Assembly (NCBI GenBank): GCA_036504535.1
Contig: DASXUY010000022.1
Span: forward strand, 5,650 to 69,649
DNA from: Capsulimonadaceae bacterium
GTDB lineage: Bacteria > Armatimonadota > Armatimonadia > Armatimonadales > Capsulimonadaceae
Reading direction: 5' to 3'
DNA: 64,000 nucleotides
Positions 55,248 to 64,000 of the stretch are shown piece after piece. The notes beneath the pieces are model-generated. The model was not told the DNA's origin, made no database searches, and saw only the letters and a program-made list of their open reading frames with translations. The position numbers and the translations under genes were made by a program. Position 1 is the first letter of the stretch; every line of letters starts with the position of its first letter.

Positions 55248-55376
55248 AGCCAAGCTCCTTTCGACGATCTAACTGAAGATGTACCAGTTAGTACCGAAAG
55301 CTAAACATGACAAGTGAGCCGATTTTGTACGATATACAGGAGGAAAGATCTGCGGCCGACACACTAACAAGTCGAA

Positions 55377-56594
55377 TCATTGACGACGCGCTAGTAAGAG
55401 ACAGACATCGTCGCGCAACGGGCCTTGAGCGAACAAGCGCGCACCACGGTAGATCGATTGTGTGAGCTCAAGCAGCGATGATTCGTTGCCATGCTCTTCG
55501 GCCAGAGCTCGCATGCCCTCCGATCCGAGGAAGTCTTTGCCGTGGCGGGCTTCAGTGATGCCATCTGTCGCCATGAGAATCGTTTCGCCGGGGAGCAGGG
55601 TGGTCGTCACTTCAACGTATGATTCGCCCGGTTGAACGCCGAGTGGTGTGCCGACAATCTCGATGGCTTCCGCCAAGCCACTTTCTCGAAGGATAATTGA
55701 CGGCTCAGCGCCAGCGGCTGAGAACGTTACCTCGCCAGTGTATGGATTGAGCACGGCGATGCCCAAGACGATGAACGTTTCCTGAGCGTTCGCGTCCGTT
55801 CGGTGGGATTCGCAGATGAAATCGTTGAGGTGCGTGAGAGCCAACGCTGGCGTGTGGTTTTCGTGTAGGAAGGCGCGTAACGCGTACTTCACTTCCGCTG
55901 TACGACCCGCTGCAAGGAGACCCTTGCCGGAGACGTCACCAACGACCAGAGCGACCTTTTCGGGGCTTAAAGCGAATGCGTCAAAGAAGTCGCCGCCAAC
56001 TTCGGCCTCATTCAGTGCGGCCGCGTAAAGCGTCTCAACTTCGAGGCCGGAGAACATGCCGGTCGGCGACGCTTGCAGCATGGAGCGTTGAAGCGTTTCC
56101 GCTATTCGCTCGTTCCGAGCCGCCGCAGTCGCCAAAAGGTGCTCAACCGTCTTGCGATCAGTGATGTCGCGAATGTTGCATTGGATGACCGTATGCCCGT
56201 TTTCGCGATAGAGGTTGCTAACGAACTCGACATCGCGGCGGTCGCCGGCACGGGTTTCAAGCGGTATGCTTTCATACCGAATGTAGTGGTCGCGTTGGAG
56301 CTTGAGGAACGCATCCTGGCTAGTCTTCTTGTCCTTGAGGAGGCCTATCTCCCAAAGCTCTTTGCCCAGGAATTCGGCGTGACTATACCCAAGGAGCTCA
56401 GCCATAAAGGGGTTCGCATCGGTGATCTGGCCCGTTTGGGAGTCGAGAAGCAATATCCCATCGCGGGCAGCTTCGAAGAGGCGGCGGTAGCGAAGTTCGG
56501 TTACCTTAAGTGCATCCGCAATGCTTTCGGCGGAGGCTTGGGCAGCTTGTGCGGCGGCTAATGCGCCAGCTGCGAGATGTGGAGGATCGGACAT
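55377..56594 (-). CDS. PAS sensor fused to a PP2C/SpoIIE serine phosphatase; paralog of the gene at 60-2102.
   Basis: PAS (ILLLDSQTGQITDANPFMAELLGYSHAEFLGK) plus PP2C motifs GGDFFDAFAL...VALVVGDVSGKG and MATDGITE. Confidence 0.8.
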   Translation of the reverse strand: MSDPPHLAAGALAAAQAAQASAESIADALKVTELRYRRLFEAARDGILLLDSQTGQITDANPFMAELLGYSHAEFLGKELWEIGLLKDKKTSQDAFLKLQRDHYIRYESIPLETRAGDRRDVEFVSNLYRENGHTVIQCNIRDITDRKTVEHLLATAAARNERIAETLQRSMLQASPTGMFSGLEVETLYAAALNEAEVGGDFFDAFALSPEKVALVVGDVSGKGLLAAGRTAEVKYALRAFLHENHTPALALTHLNDFICESHRTDANAQETFIVLGIAVLNPYTGEVTFSAAGAEPSIILRESGLAEAIEIVGTPLGVQPGESYVEVTTTLLPGETILMATDGITEARHGKDFLGSEGMRALAEEHGNESSLLELTQSIYRGARLFAQGPLRDDVCLLLARRQ

Positions 56595-56850
56595 GTCGAA
56601 GTTCCTGCTTTCTGACGCTTTCTACGACCGTTCCAAATCTCCCTCAGGAACGAGAGAGACAGGAATGTATGAAGGCAGAATAGTCTTCACGCATATCGAT
56701 ATAAGGTGGGCGAATTGCTCAACCCGCCTTTAATATTACCCCACTAGAGCGTTTTCATAAACGCAAAAGATTCTTATCAATATAGATTTGTTTTCGATTT
56801 ATGTTAACGTTTAGCAACTGTTAATGAGTAATATTTATAAGTCTCTGTAG

Positions 56851-56900
56851 TTGCAAAAAAGTAAGCCTGCTACATTCGACAAAGTGAATGGGCAGGCTTG
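56851..56900 (-). terminator. Rho-independent terminator of the CorC-family gene.
   Basis: On the minus strand: AAGCCTGC-(loop)-GCAGGCTT followed by ACTTTTTTGC, about 25 nt after the stop at 56922. Confidence 0.6.
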
Positions 56901-56921
56901 CTCAGCGTGTCGCGAGTAATG

Positions 56922-58289
56922 CTATGGCTGATCGACGACGGTTTCGACACCTTCAGTGTCCTCGTCATCCTTGGGCTTGATCTCAATCCGTAGGCGGTAG
57001 ATACGGCGCCCGTCGGCCTCGGTCACCGTGAACGATAGCTCTTCATGATCCACCGTCTCGCCCTTCACGGGCATATGCCCCAACAGGCCGAATACGAAGC
57101 CTCCGATGGTGTCGAAATCGTCCGATGAGATGTTGAGATCTAGCTCGTCGTTCACGTCGTCAATGTTGAGGCGCGCGTCGATATCGGCAGCTCCATTTTC
57201 CTCGCGAACGATCTTGGGTTGCTCCACGTCGTACTCGTCTTGGATCTCACCGACAATCTCCTCGAGCAAATCCTCCACTGTCACAAGGCCCGCGGTGCCG
57301 CCGTACTCGTCTTGAACAATGGCGATCTGCGAACGAGCGCGCCGGAACTCCTCAAGCAAGTCGTCGACCCGCTTGTTCTCCGGAACGTGGCCGATACGCC
57401 GCATCATAGAGCGCAGATCAGTTGTCGGCACACCGGTCGCCAGCGCTGGCAGCAGGTCTTTGGCGTGGATGATGCCGATGACGTTGTCGACGCTGCCCTC
57501 GAAGATGGGAATGCGAGAGTGACCACAGTCGACGATCAGGTTGACCAGCTTAACAATGGTAGTGCCAACATCCGCCGCGCGCATATCGATACGCGGGGTC
57601 ATCACTTCATGCACCATGGTATCGCCGAAGCTGATGACGTTTCGCAGCATCTCCTTCTCGTCCTGCTCAATCACGCCCTCTTCCTGGCTTGTGTCAAGCA
57701 GAGTTCTGAGCTCTTCCTCAGTGATCACCGGGGCGGAGAACGAAGCGGTCATTCCAAACGGCTTAACGATCACATTGCTCAGTCCGAGCACCAGAGCGGT
57801 AACAGGACGTTCGATGAGTTCCAGCCACCTCAATGGTTCAGCGACCAACAGTGCTACGCGCTCCGGCTGTCTCTGTGCGATAGCGCGCGGGACGATCTCG
57901 CCCACGACAAGCGTCAGCAGCGCTACAAGCGCAACAAGGCTGACGACCGAAATCACGTGCGGGTCGGGGACGTGCTCCGCCTTCAGCCAATCCGCCATAC
58001 GCGGAGCCAGGACGCTCACCGAAATCGCAGCGGCGGTCAGGCTGAGGACCGTGAGGCCAATTTGCACGGCGGCAACGATGCGGGTAGGTTCACGGAGGAA
58101 CGCATTGATGGCCGCGTACCGCCTGTCGGCGCGTCGGCTAGACCTATCAGCGTCGCGCAGCTTTTCGATCACCTGCTCCAACCGGCTTGATCGGCACGAG
58201 ACGAGAGCCGTTTCGGCGAGCGAAAAGAAAAAATTGAACAGTGTACAGGCCAGGATGGCGGTTATCGCCAGCCATTCGTTTAGTGCCAC
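56922..58289 (-). CDS. CNNM/CorC/HlyC-family transporter (DUF21 membrane domain, CBS pair and CorC_HlyC domain).
   Basis: N-terminal DUF21 with four transmembrane helices (MALNEWLAITAILACTLFNFFFSLAETALVS), then a CBS pair, then a C-terminal transporter-associated domain. GTG start. Confidence 0.8.
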   Translation of the reverse strand: MALNEWLAITAILACTLFNFFFSLAETALVSCRSSRLEQVIEKLRDADRSSRRADRRYAAINAFLREPTRIVAAVQIGLTVLSLTAAAISVSVLAPRMADWLKAEHVPDPHVISVVSLVALVALLTLVVGEIVPRAIAQRQPERVALLVAEPLRWLELIERPVTALVLGLSNVIVKPFGMTASFSAPVITEEELRTLLDTSQEEGVIEQDEKEMLRNVISFGDTMVHEVMTPRIDMRAADVGTTIVKLVNLIVDCGHSRIPIFEGSVDNVIGIIHAKDLLPALATGVPTTDLRSMMRRIGHVPENKRVDDLLEEFRRARSQIAIVQDEYGGTAGLVTVEDLLEEIVGEIQDEYDVEQPKIVREENGAADIDARLNIDDVNDELDLNISSDDFDTIGGFVFGLLGHMPVKGETVDHEELSFTVTEADGRRIYRLRIEIKPKDDEDTEGVETVVDQP

Positions 58290-58336
58290 TTTTGCCTCAA
58301 CCAGTATTTCGCTGGACTAATGATCGCCGAAGTCGC

Positions 58337-59068
58337 TCAATGAATGCCCAAGCGGAAATAATAGACACCCGCCGTCATGCAGATACCCAGAAGACCGCCG
58401 ATGATGACTTCCTGCAGAGTGTGGATCTTGCCTTCCACGCGGCTTTGTGCGACCATCAAAGCCAATACCATGACAAGAAGAATGGTCATCGCATCCCATC
58501 CCACGCGCTTGATGATACTCACTGCAAGCACGAATGCCACTGCCGCGTGGCCGCTGATAATGCCGCCTTGTAGCATCGTGCCCTTGCCCCCTAGGACTTT
58601 TGCGATTAGGGTAATTACCACGACAAGCACCACAAGGATAATCAGCGCAGTCGGAAGCAGCGTGTGATCTTCCTTGAGGACGATTGGCTGCGCGTCCTTG
58701 AGGCTCCAAAATTTGCTAATGAACAGGATCAGACCCACTGAAGCTGCCGTGATCGCGGTCACCAGAACCGCTCCTGCCGCGATATCCTTCGAGAGCTTCG
58801 CCAGCGGGTGGTACGACTGCGTGATCATATCGACAACAGTCTCTATAGCCGTATTCATCATCTCAGCCACGATGACGCTGGAGCAGACTACGCTCAACAC
58901 AGCCATCTCGATAGCGCTGAAGCTGCAGAAAAGACCTAGCAGCAACACGAGCACCACAATAATCATGTGGAAACGCATGTGCCGTTGAGTCCGGAATACA
59001 TGCGCCACGCCTTCTACGGCATATCGAAAACTGTCTATATGGTTTTTGGGACGCGGAACCGGACGCAT
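58337..59068 (-). CDS. dgkA: Diacylglycerol kinase (DgkA-type) fused to a PAP2 phosphatase-like C-terminal domain.
   Basis: N-terminal DgkA motifs (IDSFRYAVEGVAHVFRTQRH...EMMNTAIETVVD). C-terminal PAP2 motifs SGH and SRVEGKIHTLQEV. Confidence 0.7.
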   Translation of the reverse strand: MRPVPRPKNHIDSFRYAVEGVAHVFRTQRHMRFHMIIVVLVLLLGLFCSFSAIEMAVLSVVCSSVIVAEMMNTAIETVVDMITQSYHPLAKLSKDIAAGAVLVTAITAASVGLILFISKFWSLKDAQPIVLKEDHTLLPTALIILVVLVVVITLIAKVLGGKGTMLQGGIISGHAAVAFVLAVSIIKRVGWDAMTILLVMVLALMVAQSRVEGKIHTLQEVIIGGLLGICMTAGVYYFRLGIH

Positions 59069-59139
59069 ATACTCTTATTATTACATTACCAGGGAAAATC
59101 CATACAATCAGTACAGAATTTGGTCCAAGCTCAGCCTGG

Positions 59140-59634
59140 TTACGGAGCTATTGATTGAAAGAATGGATGCTCGGACGGTGGAAGGGCAATTTCGGCTTTC
59201 GTAAGAATCAGCCTCGTTAACCGCTCCATCTCGGCGGCACCGTCTTCGTCCTCATCGTCATGTCCCACCAAATGCAGCAATCCGTGCACCGCCAGAAGCG
59301 CCAGCTCAGACTCCAGGGGCCACGACGCTGCAGCAGCCTGACGCTCCGCCGTATCAATAGAGATGACGATATCGCCCAGACATTCAGGGTCATCCTGCGG
59401 GAAAGAAAGCACATCGGTGGGCTTGTCGAGGGAGCGGTAGCGGTAGTTAAGATCGCGTATGAACGTGTCTCCGCAAAGCAAGACGCTCACTTCCGCGTTG
59501 CGAGCAACCTCAACGATAGGGGTGCTCTTGCGTAGAGCTGACCGAAGCGGGCTCAGGGTCGTCGCTGAGAGAGGCGATAAGAAGCGACTCCCGGAGGTCG
59601 TCGTTTCCGTTTCTTGGCGGAGCAGTATCTTCAT
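59140..59634 (-). CDS. ybeY: rRNA maturation endoribonuclease YbeY.
   Basis: AEVSVLLCGDTFIRDLNYRYRSLDKPTDVLSF and LLAVHGLLHLVGHDDEDEDG (the H-x-H-x-x-G-x-D-H zinc motif). The 5' 125 nt overlap the upstream gene. Confidence 0.85.
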   Translation of the reverse strand: MKILLRQETETTTSGSRFLSPLSATTLSPLRSALRKSTPIVEVARNAEVSVLLCGDTFIRDLNYRYRSLDKPTDVLSFPQDDPECLGDIVISIDTAERQAAAASWPLESELALLAVHGLLHLVGHDDEDEDGAAEMERLTRLILTKAEIALPPSEHPFFQSIAP

Positions 59635-61321
59635 CGTGTGCTATTTTACCGTTAGCTTGTTGCGGCTTGCCTGCTGGCAGTTCGGGGTATTCCACTCGGC
59701 TGTGGAGCATTCCGCATAACAGGCGAACAAACGTCGCCTTGATCGATGCGAGATCCTGCAATGTGATCGGTGCTTCTTCGAGTTGCTTGTCCCGCAGCTT
59801 CTCGTCGATCATCTTCTGCACGAACTCCTCGACTCGGGCCGGGGTGGGGCGCTCGAGAACGTGCGAGGCGGCTTCGACGCAGTCCGCGAGCATCATAATG
59901 ACCGCTTCACGCGTCTGCGGCTTTGGCCCAGGGTAGCGAAACTGATGCTCAAGTGCGCCTGCCTGGTTGTCGGCGCAGCCCTCGGACGCGCGATGGTAGA
60001 AGTAGCGAATCAGGCTCGTGCCATGGTGCTGGGAAATGAGATCGCGAATCGCTGGTGGAAGTTTGGCTTCCTTCGCAATTTCGACCCCATCCTTGACGTG
60101 CGCGGTCACGATTAGCGCTGACAGGGACGGGTTGAGGCGCTCATGGACGTTGTCGCCGCTCTGGTTCTCCACAAAAAAGTGCGCTCGCCGGAGCTTCCCA
60201 ATATCGTGATAGTACGCGGCCACGCGACAAAGCAGCGAATCCGCCCCGATCGAGTCGGCAGCCGCAGAGGCTAAATTGCCCACTGAAATCGAGTGTGCAT
60301 AACTGCCGGGGCACTCGTGGCAGAACTGCTGCAACAGGGGGCGGTTTGGATCGGAAAGCTCAAGCAGTCCGAGATGGGTGCAGAGGCCAAAGGGACGCTC
60401 GAAGATGGCGACACCGATGGAGAACAGGGCGACGGACAGCATTCCCGCAACGGCGGCCCACAACGACCCCTCGAATATCTTCGCCGCAGAGTCGCTGGAG
60501 ACTTCGCCCAGCAGCACTGTCAGCACCACATTCGTGAGTGCCAAAATACCGCCAGCCCGAAGTACGTCTCCACGGCTCTTAAGCGCGCTCACGCTTATCA
60601 GGGCGACCAGCGACGATGCGTACGTCATCAAGCAGTATTGCAGTTCGTTGCCGAGAATGAGAGTCGAGAGCACAGACAGCAAAGCAGCCACGATGAGCGC
60701 TATATACGGTTCGAGCAGCACGGTGATTGCCATTGTGACGGCAGTGATGCACAGGAGCGATATATAACCAAACTGAAGGTTGTCGAGGTTAACGCCAAGT
60801 AGCATGCCGCCTATCTTGAGACCGAGAACGCACAGCGCGGTCAAAATGGCGAGCAGCGCCATACGGCTGTCGCTGCGATACAGCGCGGGATCAAAGCGGT
60901 TAAGATACAGCGCTACAAACCCCACCATCAATGCGACGAGAAGCCCGACCCCAAGCACGAGGCTGGACGACAATCGCAACGTTTGGGATGCCCACTTCTC
61001 AATCGCTGTGTTAACGCTGGGAGCAGGATGTGCGGGTGCTAGGATTGAGGCATTTGGTGACGCGCCAACAAGCGCCGCGCCAGGATGGGACGCGTTATAT
61101 GTCGCGACGGCGGCGCCGCGGCGCGGAAGTGGTAATAAGAGCAGGGCTGACAGAACGAAGACGGAGGCAATGCAGAGGAGGAGCCTGGTGGGCGAAATAC
61201 CCGAAACCCACGCGGCAACCTTTTCCTGAATAATCCCTAATGCGCGTGTAATGGCACGCAAAGGTCGCCCGTCCGTTCTGCCTCCCTTGTGGGATTTCAT
61301 TGCGAGATTAGTATACACCAC
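59510..61321 (-). CDS. 7TM receptor with an intracellular HD hydrolase domain (7TMR-HD; YqfF/PgpH-like).
   Basis: Seven transmembrane helices followed by an HD domain (YYHDIGKLRRAHFF...LISQHHGTSLIRYFY). The start is uncertain: GTG at 61321 or ATG at 61300. Confidence 0.75.
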   Translation of the reverse strand: MVYTNLAMKSHKGGRTDGRPLRAITRALGIIQEKVAAWVSGISPTRLLLCIASVFVLSALLLLPLPRRGAAVATYNASHPGAALVGASPNASILAPAHPAPSVNTAIEKWASQTLRLSSSLVLGVGLLVALMVGFVALYLNRFDPALYRSDSRMALLAILTALCVLGLKIGGMLLGVNLDNLQFGYISLLCITAVTMAITVLLEPYIALIVAALLSVLSTLILGNELQYCLMTYASSLVALISVSALKSRGDVLRAGGILALTNVVLTVLLGEVSSDSAAKIFEGSLWAAVAGMLSVALFSIGVAIFERPFGLCTHLGLLELSDPNRPLLQQFCHECPGSYAHSISVGNLASAAADSIGADSLLCRVAAYYHDIGKLRRAHFFVENQSGDNVHERLNPSLSALIVTAHVKDGVEIAKEAKLPPAIRDLISQHHGTSLIRYFYHRASEGCADNQAGALEHQFRYPGPKPQTREAVIMMLADCVEAASHVLERPTPARVEEFVQKMIDEKLRDKQLEEAPITLQDLASIKATFVRLLCGMLHSRVEYPELPAGKPQQANGKIAHDEDTAPPRNGNDDLRESLLIASLSDDPEPASVSSTQEHPYR

Positions 61322-61495
61322 CTATTTGGTGGGTGTCAAATGACGTCTGCTTCCACGAATAGTGAAGCCGTTGCTCCCTTGAGGTACAATTTGAGACTAT
61401 ACCCGTGTTCTCGATGGTTGCCTTACACTGAAGGCAATTCAGACCCTCTTAGTCGGTAGTTTGGCTGGCACAACAGGAAAGACGAAGAGAACCGA

Positions 61496-63289
61496 ATGCA
61501 CGAACCTCGGCATGAATCCGCCGTCCCTCTGCAAGTAAGCGCTCTGAAGCGCGTCGCCCCGGCTATCTTGTTCCTTATCTGGTTTGTTGCGGGCTACTTT
61601 CTCACCTACCAGCTTGGGGTAGCGTTCTTCTACAAATCCGCAAGCGCAACTACACTGTGGCTGTCCAATGGCTTTCTGCTGGCCGTTCTCCTCCTCCAAA
61701 CCCGATCACGCTGGCCGCTTACAGTCTCTACCGCACTAATCACTCACATCCTCATCTTTTACAGCAACCATCCAAGAGATCAGGTGTGGGGATATCAAAC
61801 CGCCCTGATCGATGTTGGTGAGGCACTGCTTGCAGCGGTGATTGCTAAGCGCTGGATCCACGACGAGTTCGACATTTCTCGTCTCCGGCACACCCTTACC
61901 CTCGCCAGCGCAATCGTCGTAGGTACGGCGGCATCGTCCGTCGTGGCGGCGGCGATCATCACCAGCAAAGTGGGCGGACCTGATTACTGGCGGGCGCTCC
62001 GCCTCTGGTGGTTTGGCGATTTTGTCGGCGATATCGTGTTGACCCCGCTCATTCTCGCGTGGGCGCATGTCAACTACAGAACAGTAAAGGCGCTCAGCCC
62101 GCAACGCGTTATCGAAGTGTTGGCGTTGGGCTTTGTCATGGCCACGGTGACCTATGAATCGTTCAACGTCACCGCCGGACTTCTCCCGGCAAACTGGCTG
62201 CTTCCGGTCTTTCTGTGGGCTTCGCTCCGCTTCCATCCACGTGTCGTTCTCGCTCTGCTCATGCTCGCGACCTTTCACGCCGTCGATGCGTCTATCAACG
62301 GTTTCGGACCGTTCGTTGCAGCGGGCATGCCCATTATCGACACGGTCATTTCCCTTCAGTCGTACATTGCGGTGCTGTCGTTGTCCATGCTGATAGTCAG
62401 CTCGCTCACATCCGACCGTAATCGCGTGTTGGAACTCAATGTAGCTGCGCAGAAAACGATGAAAGCTCTCAACGCGGATCTTGAGGATCGTGTCGCCGAG
62501 CGGACAGTGCAGCTCGAAGAGGCAAATCGCGAACTCAAGCTGGAAATGGCCGTCAGAGCTGACGCTGAAGCGGCTCTCCGCGCCAGGAACGATGAACTGC
62601 GATCCTTTGCCTACACAGTGTCGCACGATCTCAAGGCGCCCCTTCGAGGGGTAGCCGGGTACGCTAACGAACTCGAAAAGAAACACGCGTCGTCGCTGAG
62701 TGAGAGAGCATCATTCTGCCTTAAGCAGATCCTGGCCGCCACCCATAATTTGGACGAGCTTATCGAAGACCTTCTTAAGTATTCGCGCTACGACTCAGAG
62801 CGGCCCATATTTGTCCCAACAAACCTTTCGTTGATCGTGGAGCGCATCTTGGCTGAGAGGTCGCATGAGATTGCGTCGCGCAACGTCAATGTCGAGATTA
62901 ATCTAGCAGTTGTTTCTCTCGTCGATTGGGAACGAGGCTTAGCGCAGACTCTAGCAAACCTGATCGACAACGCCATCAAGTACGCCCGGCACTCAGACCC
63001 ACCGCGCATCATCGTTTCGTCGGTGCAGGACGGTGACATAATCGCCATTAGCGTGGCCGACAATGGGATCGGGTTCGACATGAAGTACCACGACCGTCTC
63101 TACGGCCTCTTTAACCGGCTCGTGCATCAGGACGAGTTTGAGGGCACCGGAGCAGGCTTGGCCATCGCAAAGAAGCTGGTCGACAAGTCGGGCGGCCGTC
63201 TGTGGGCAACCTCCCGGCCCGGACATGGGGCCACGTTCACTATCGAAATGCCGGTGAGGATGCCGGATATCGTTGAGGCGCAGCAATGA
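61496..63289 (+). CDS. Sensor histidine kinase with an N-terminal MASE1-like membrane domain.
   Basis: A polytopic N-terminal sensor. HisKA motif (SFAYTVSHDLKAPLRGV). HATPase_c motifs (DNGIGFD...GTGAGLAIAKKLV). Confidence 0.85.
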   Translation: MHEPRHESAVPLQVSALKRVAPAILFLIWFVAGYFLTYQLGVAFFYKSASATTLWLSNGFLLAVLLLQTRSRWPLTVSTALITHILIFYSNHPRDQVWGYQTALIDVGEALLAAVIAKRWIHDEFDISRLRHTLTLASAIVVGTAASSVVAAAIITSKVGGPDYWRALRLWWFGDFVGDIVLTPLILAWAHVNYRTVKALSPQRVIEVLALGFVMATVTYESFNVTAGLLPANWLLPVFLWASLRFHPRVVLALLMLATFHAVDASINGFGPFVAAGMPIIDTVISLQSYIAVLSLSMLIVSSLTSDRNRVLELNVAAQKTMKALNADLEDRVAERTVQLEEANRELKLEMAVRADAEAALRARNDELRSFAYTVSHDLKAPLRGVAGYANELEKKHASSLSERASFCLKQILAATHNLDELIEDLLKYSRYDSERPIFVPTNLSLIVERILAERSHEIASRNVNVEINLAVVSLVDWERGLAQTLANLIDNAIKYARHSDPPRIIVSSVQDGDIIAISVADNGIGFDMKYHDRLYGLFNRLVHQDEFEGTGAGLAIAKKLVDKSGGRLWATSRPGHGATFTIEMPVRMPDIVEAQQ

Positions 63290-63759
63290 CGAACGATCAC
63301 AATCAGGTCGTAATCAAGAGGCCAATTCTGCTGGTCGAAGACAACCCAATGGATGTCGACCTTACAATCCAAGCCTGCCGCGAGCTGGGGATTACCCACC
63401 AAATCGAGGTGTGCCGCGATGGTGAAGAAGCGCTTGAGTACATAAAATCGCACCCGTCCGCAGCCGATGCCAAGTTTCCAGCGCTGGTTTTGCTTGACCT
63501 CAGGATGCCCAAAGTTTCCGGCTTCGAAGTGCTGACCGCTGCTCGCGGCGACGTCAATTGGCGTCAGGTTCCCATCGTTGTCCTGACCACCTCCACGCAG
63601 CTTTCTGACGTTAATGCGGCCTATGAGAATGGCGTTAACTCCTATCTCGTCAAGCCAGTGGATTCAAGCGACTTCGCCAGCCTCATGCAGGCTGTGAACA
63701 TTTACTGGCTGCAAGCCAACCACCCGCCATACCCAACGCTCATCGGGAGGATCCTGTGA
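63286..63759 (+). CDS. Single-domain response regulator (CheY-like REC).
   Basis: ILLVEDNPMDVDLT...LVLLDLRMPKVSGFEVL...VVLTTS. Its start overlaps the kinase stop (ATGA). Confidence 0.85.
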   Translation: MTNDHNQVVIKRPILLVEDNPMDVDLTIQACRELGITHQIEVCRDGEEALEYIKSHPSAADAKFPALVLLDLRMPKVSGFEVLTAARGDVNWRQVPIVVLTTSTQLSDVNAAYENGVNSYLVKPVDSSDFASLMQAVNIYWLQANHPPYPTLIGRIL

Positions 63760-64000
63760 AACCAACCATTCGTGTGTTGAACGCTGAAGACAATGCGTTT
63801 GACGCTGACTTAACGGAACGCTACTTTCAAGAGAATGCTCCCGAGTTCAAGATACACACGGTTCGAACAGCCAAGGCATTCTTGTCATGCCTGCGTGAGC
63901 CCGTGTTCGACATTGTTCTGCTGGACAACCACCTGCCTGACCGCGATGGTATCGACTTGCTGCGCGACCTCCACAAGTCCGGCATTTCTGTCCCCATCGT
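63756..64000 (+). CDS. Response regulator receiver domain protein, truncated by the window end.
   Basis: GTG start overlapping the previous stop. IRVLNAEDNAFDADL...DIVLLDNHLPDRDGIDLL. Confidence 0.7.
   Translation, partial: MKPTIRVLNAEDNAFDADLTERYFQENAPEFKIHTVRTAKAFLSCLREPVFDIVLLDNHLPDRDGIDLLRDLHKSGISVPI

Overview
This is a GC-rich (~60%) bacterial chromosomal segment. The gene content suggests an Armatimonadota- or Planctomycetota-like lineage: two prepilin-type N-terminal methylation-motif proteins with the DUF1559 signature ([10 protein letters not shown]), alongside Firmicute-like operon arrangements (hemA-hemX, nfeD-floT, 7TM-HD-ybeY-dgkA).

About 65 protein-coding genes are supported. 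I found no tRNA, rRNA or CRISPR.

- 1-19.1 kb: a carbohydrate (pectin/oligogalacturonide) utilisation cluster. It holds two LacI regulators, three TIM-barrel glycoside hydrolases, a PL22 oligogalacturonide lyase, two prepilin/DUF1559 proteins, a secreted WD40-caspase fusion and a small DUF104-like minigene.
- 19.5-27.3 kb: a 1160-aa orphan protein, a secreted protein with a PEP-CTERM-like tail, a ferritin-like di-iron protein, hairpin repeats, and a Gfo/Idh/MocA oxidoreductase.
- 27.5-33.9 kb: hemX-hemA on the minus strand, diverging from a His-rich NfeD-like gene, a flotillin gene and lgt.
- 33.9-39.9 kb: the standout feature. Fourteen co-directional, mostly translationally coupled paralogous genes start at the lgt stop codon. 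Each encodes a ~130-aa protein with an N-terminal zinc ribbon (C-P-N-C ... C-P-x-C-G) and 2-3 transmembrane helices. They share an R-x-P-x-F-x-R-G-L motif and a conserved C-terminal hydrophobic-Cys motif, and one pair is a ~90% identical recent tandem duplication. A radical-SAM enzyme with Cys-rich N- and C-terminal extensions follows.
- 42-46 kb: sirC and pntAA-pntAB-pntB.
- 46-50.8 kb: duplicated fragments of the 3' end of ygfZ mark an insertion hotspot downstream of ygfZ. It carries hicAB and three paralogous proteins that contain only the GspE/PilB N-terminal (N2) domain.
- 50.8-64 kb: a BNR propeller protein, a GT2 glycosyltransferase with an unusual repeat-containing leader, two PAS-PP2C phosphatases, a CorC transporter, dgkA-PAP2, ybeY, a 7TM-HD protein and a two-component system.

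Several dispersed structured repeat families lie in the intergenic regions.
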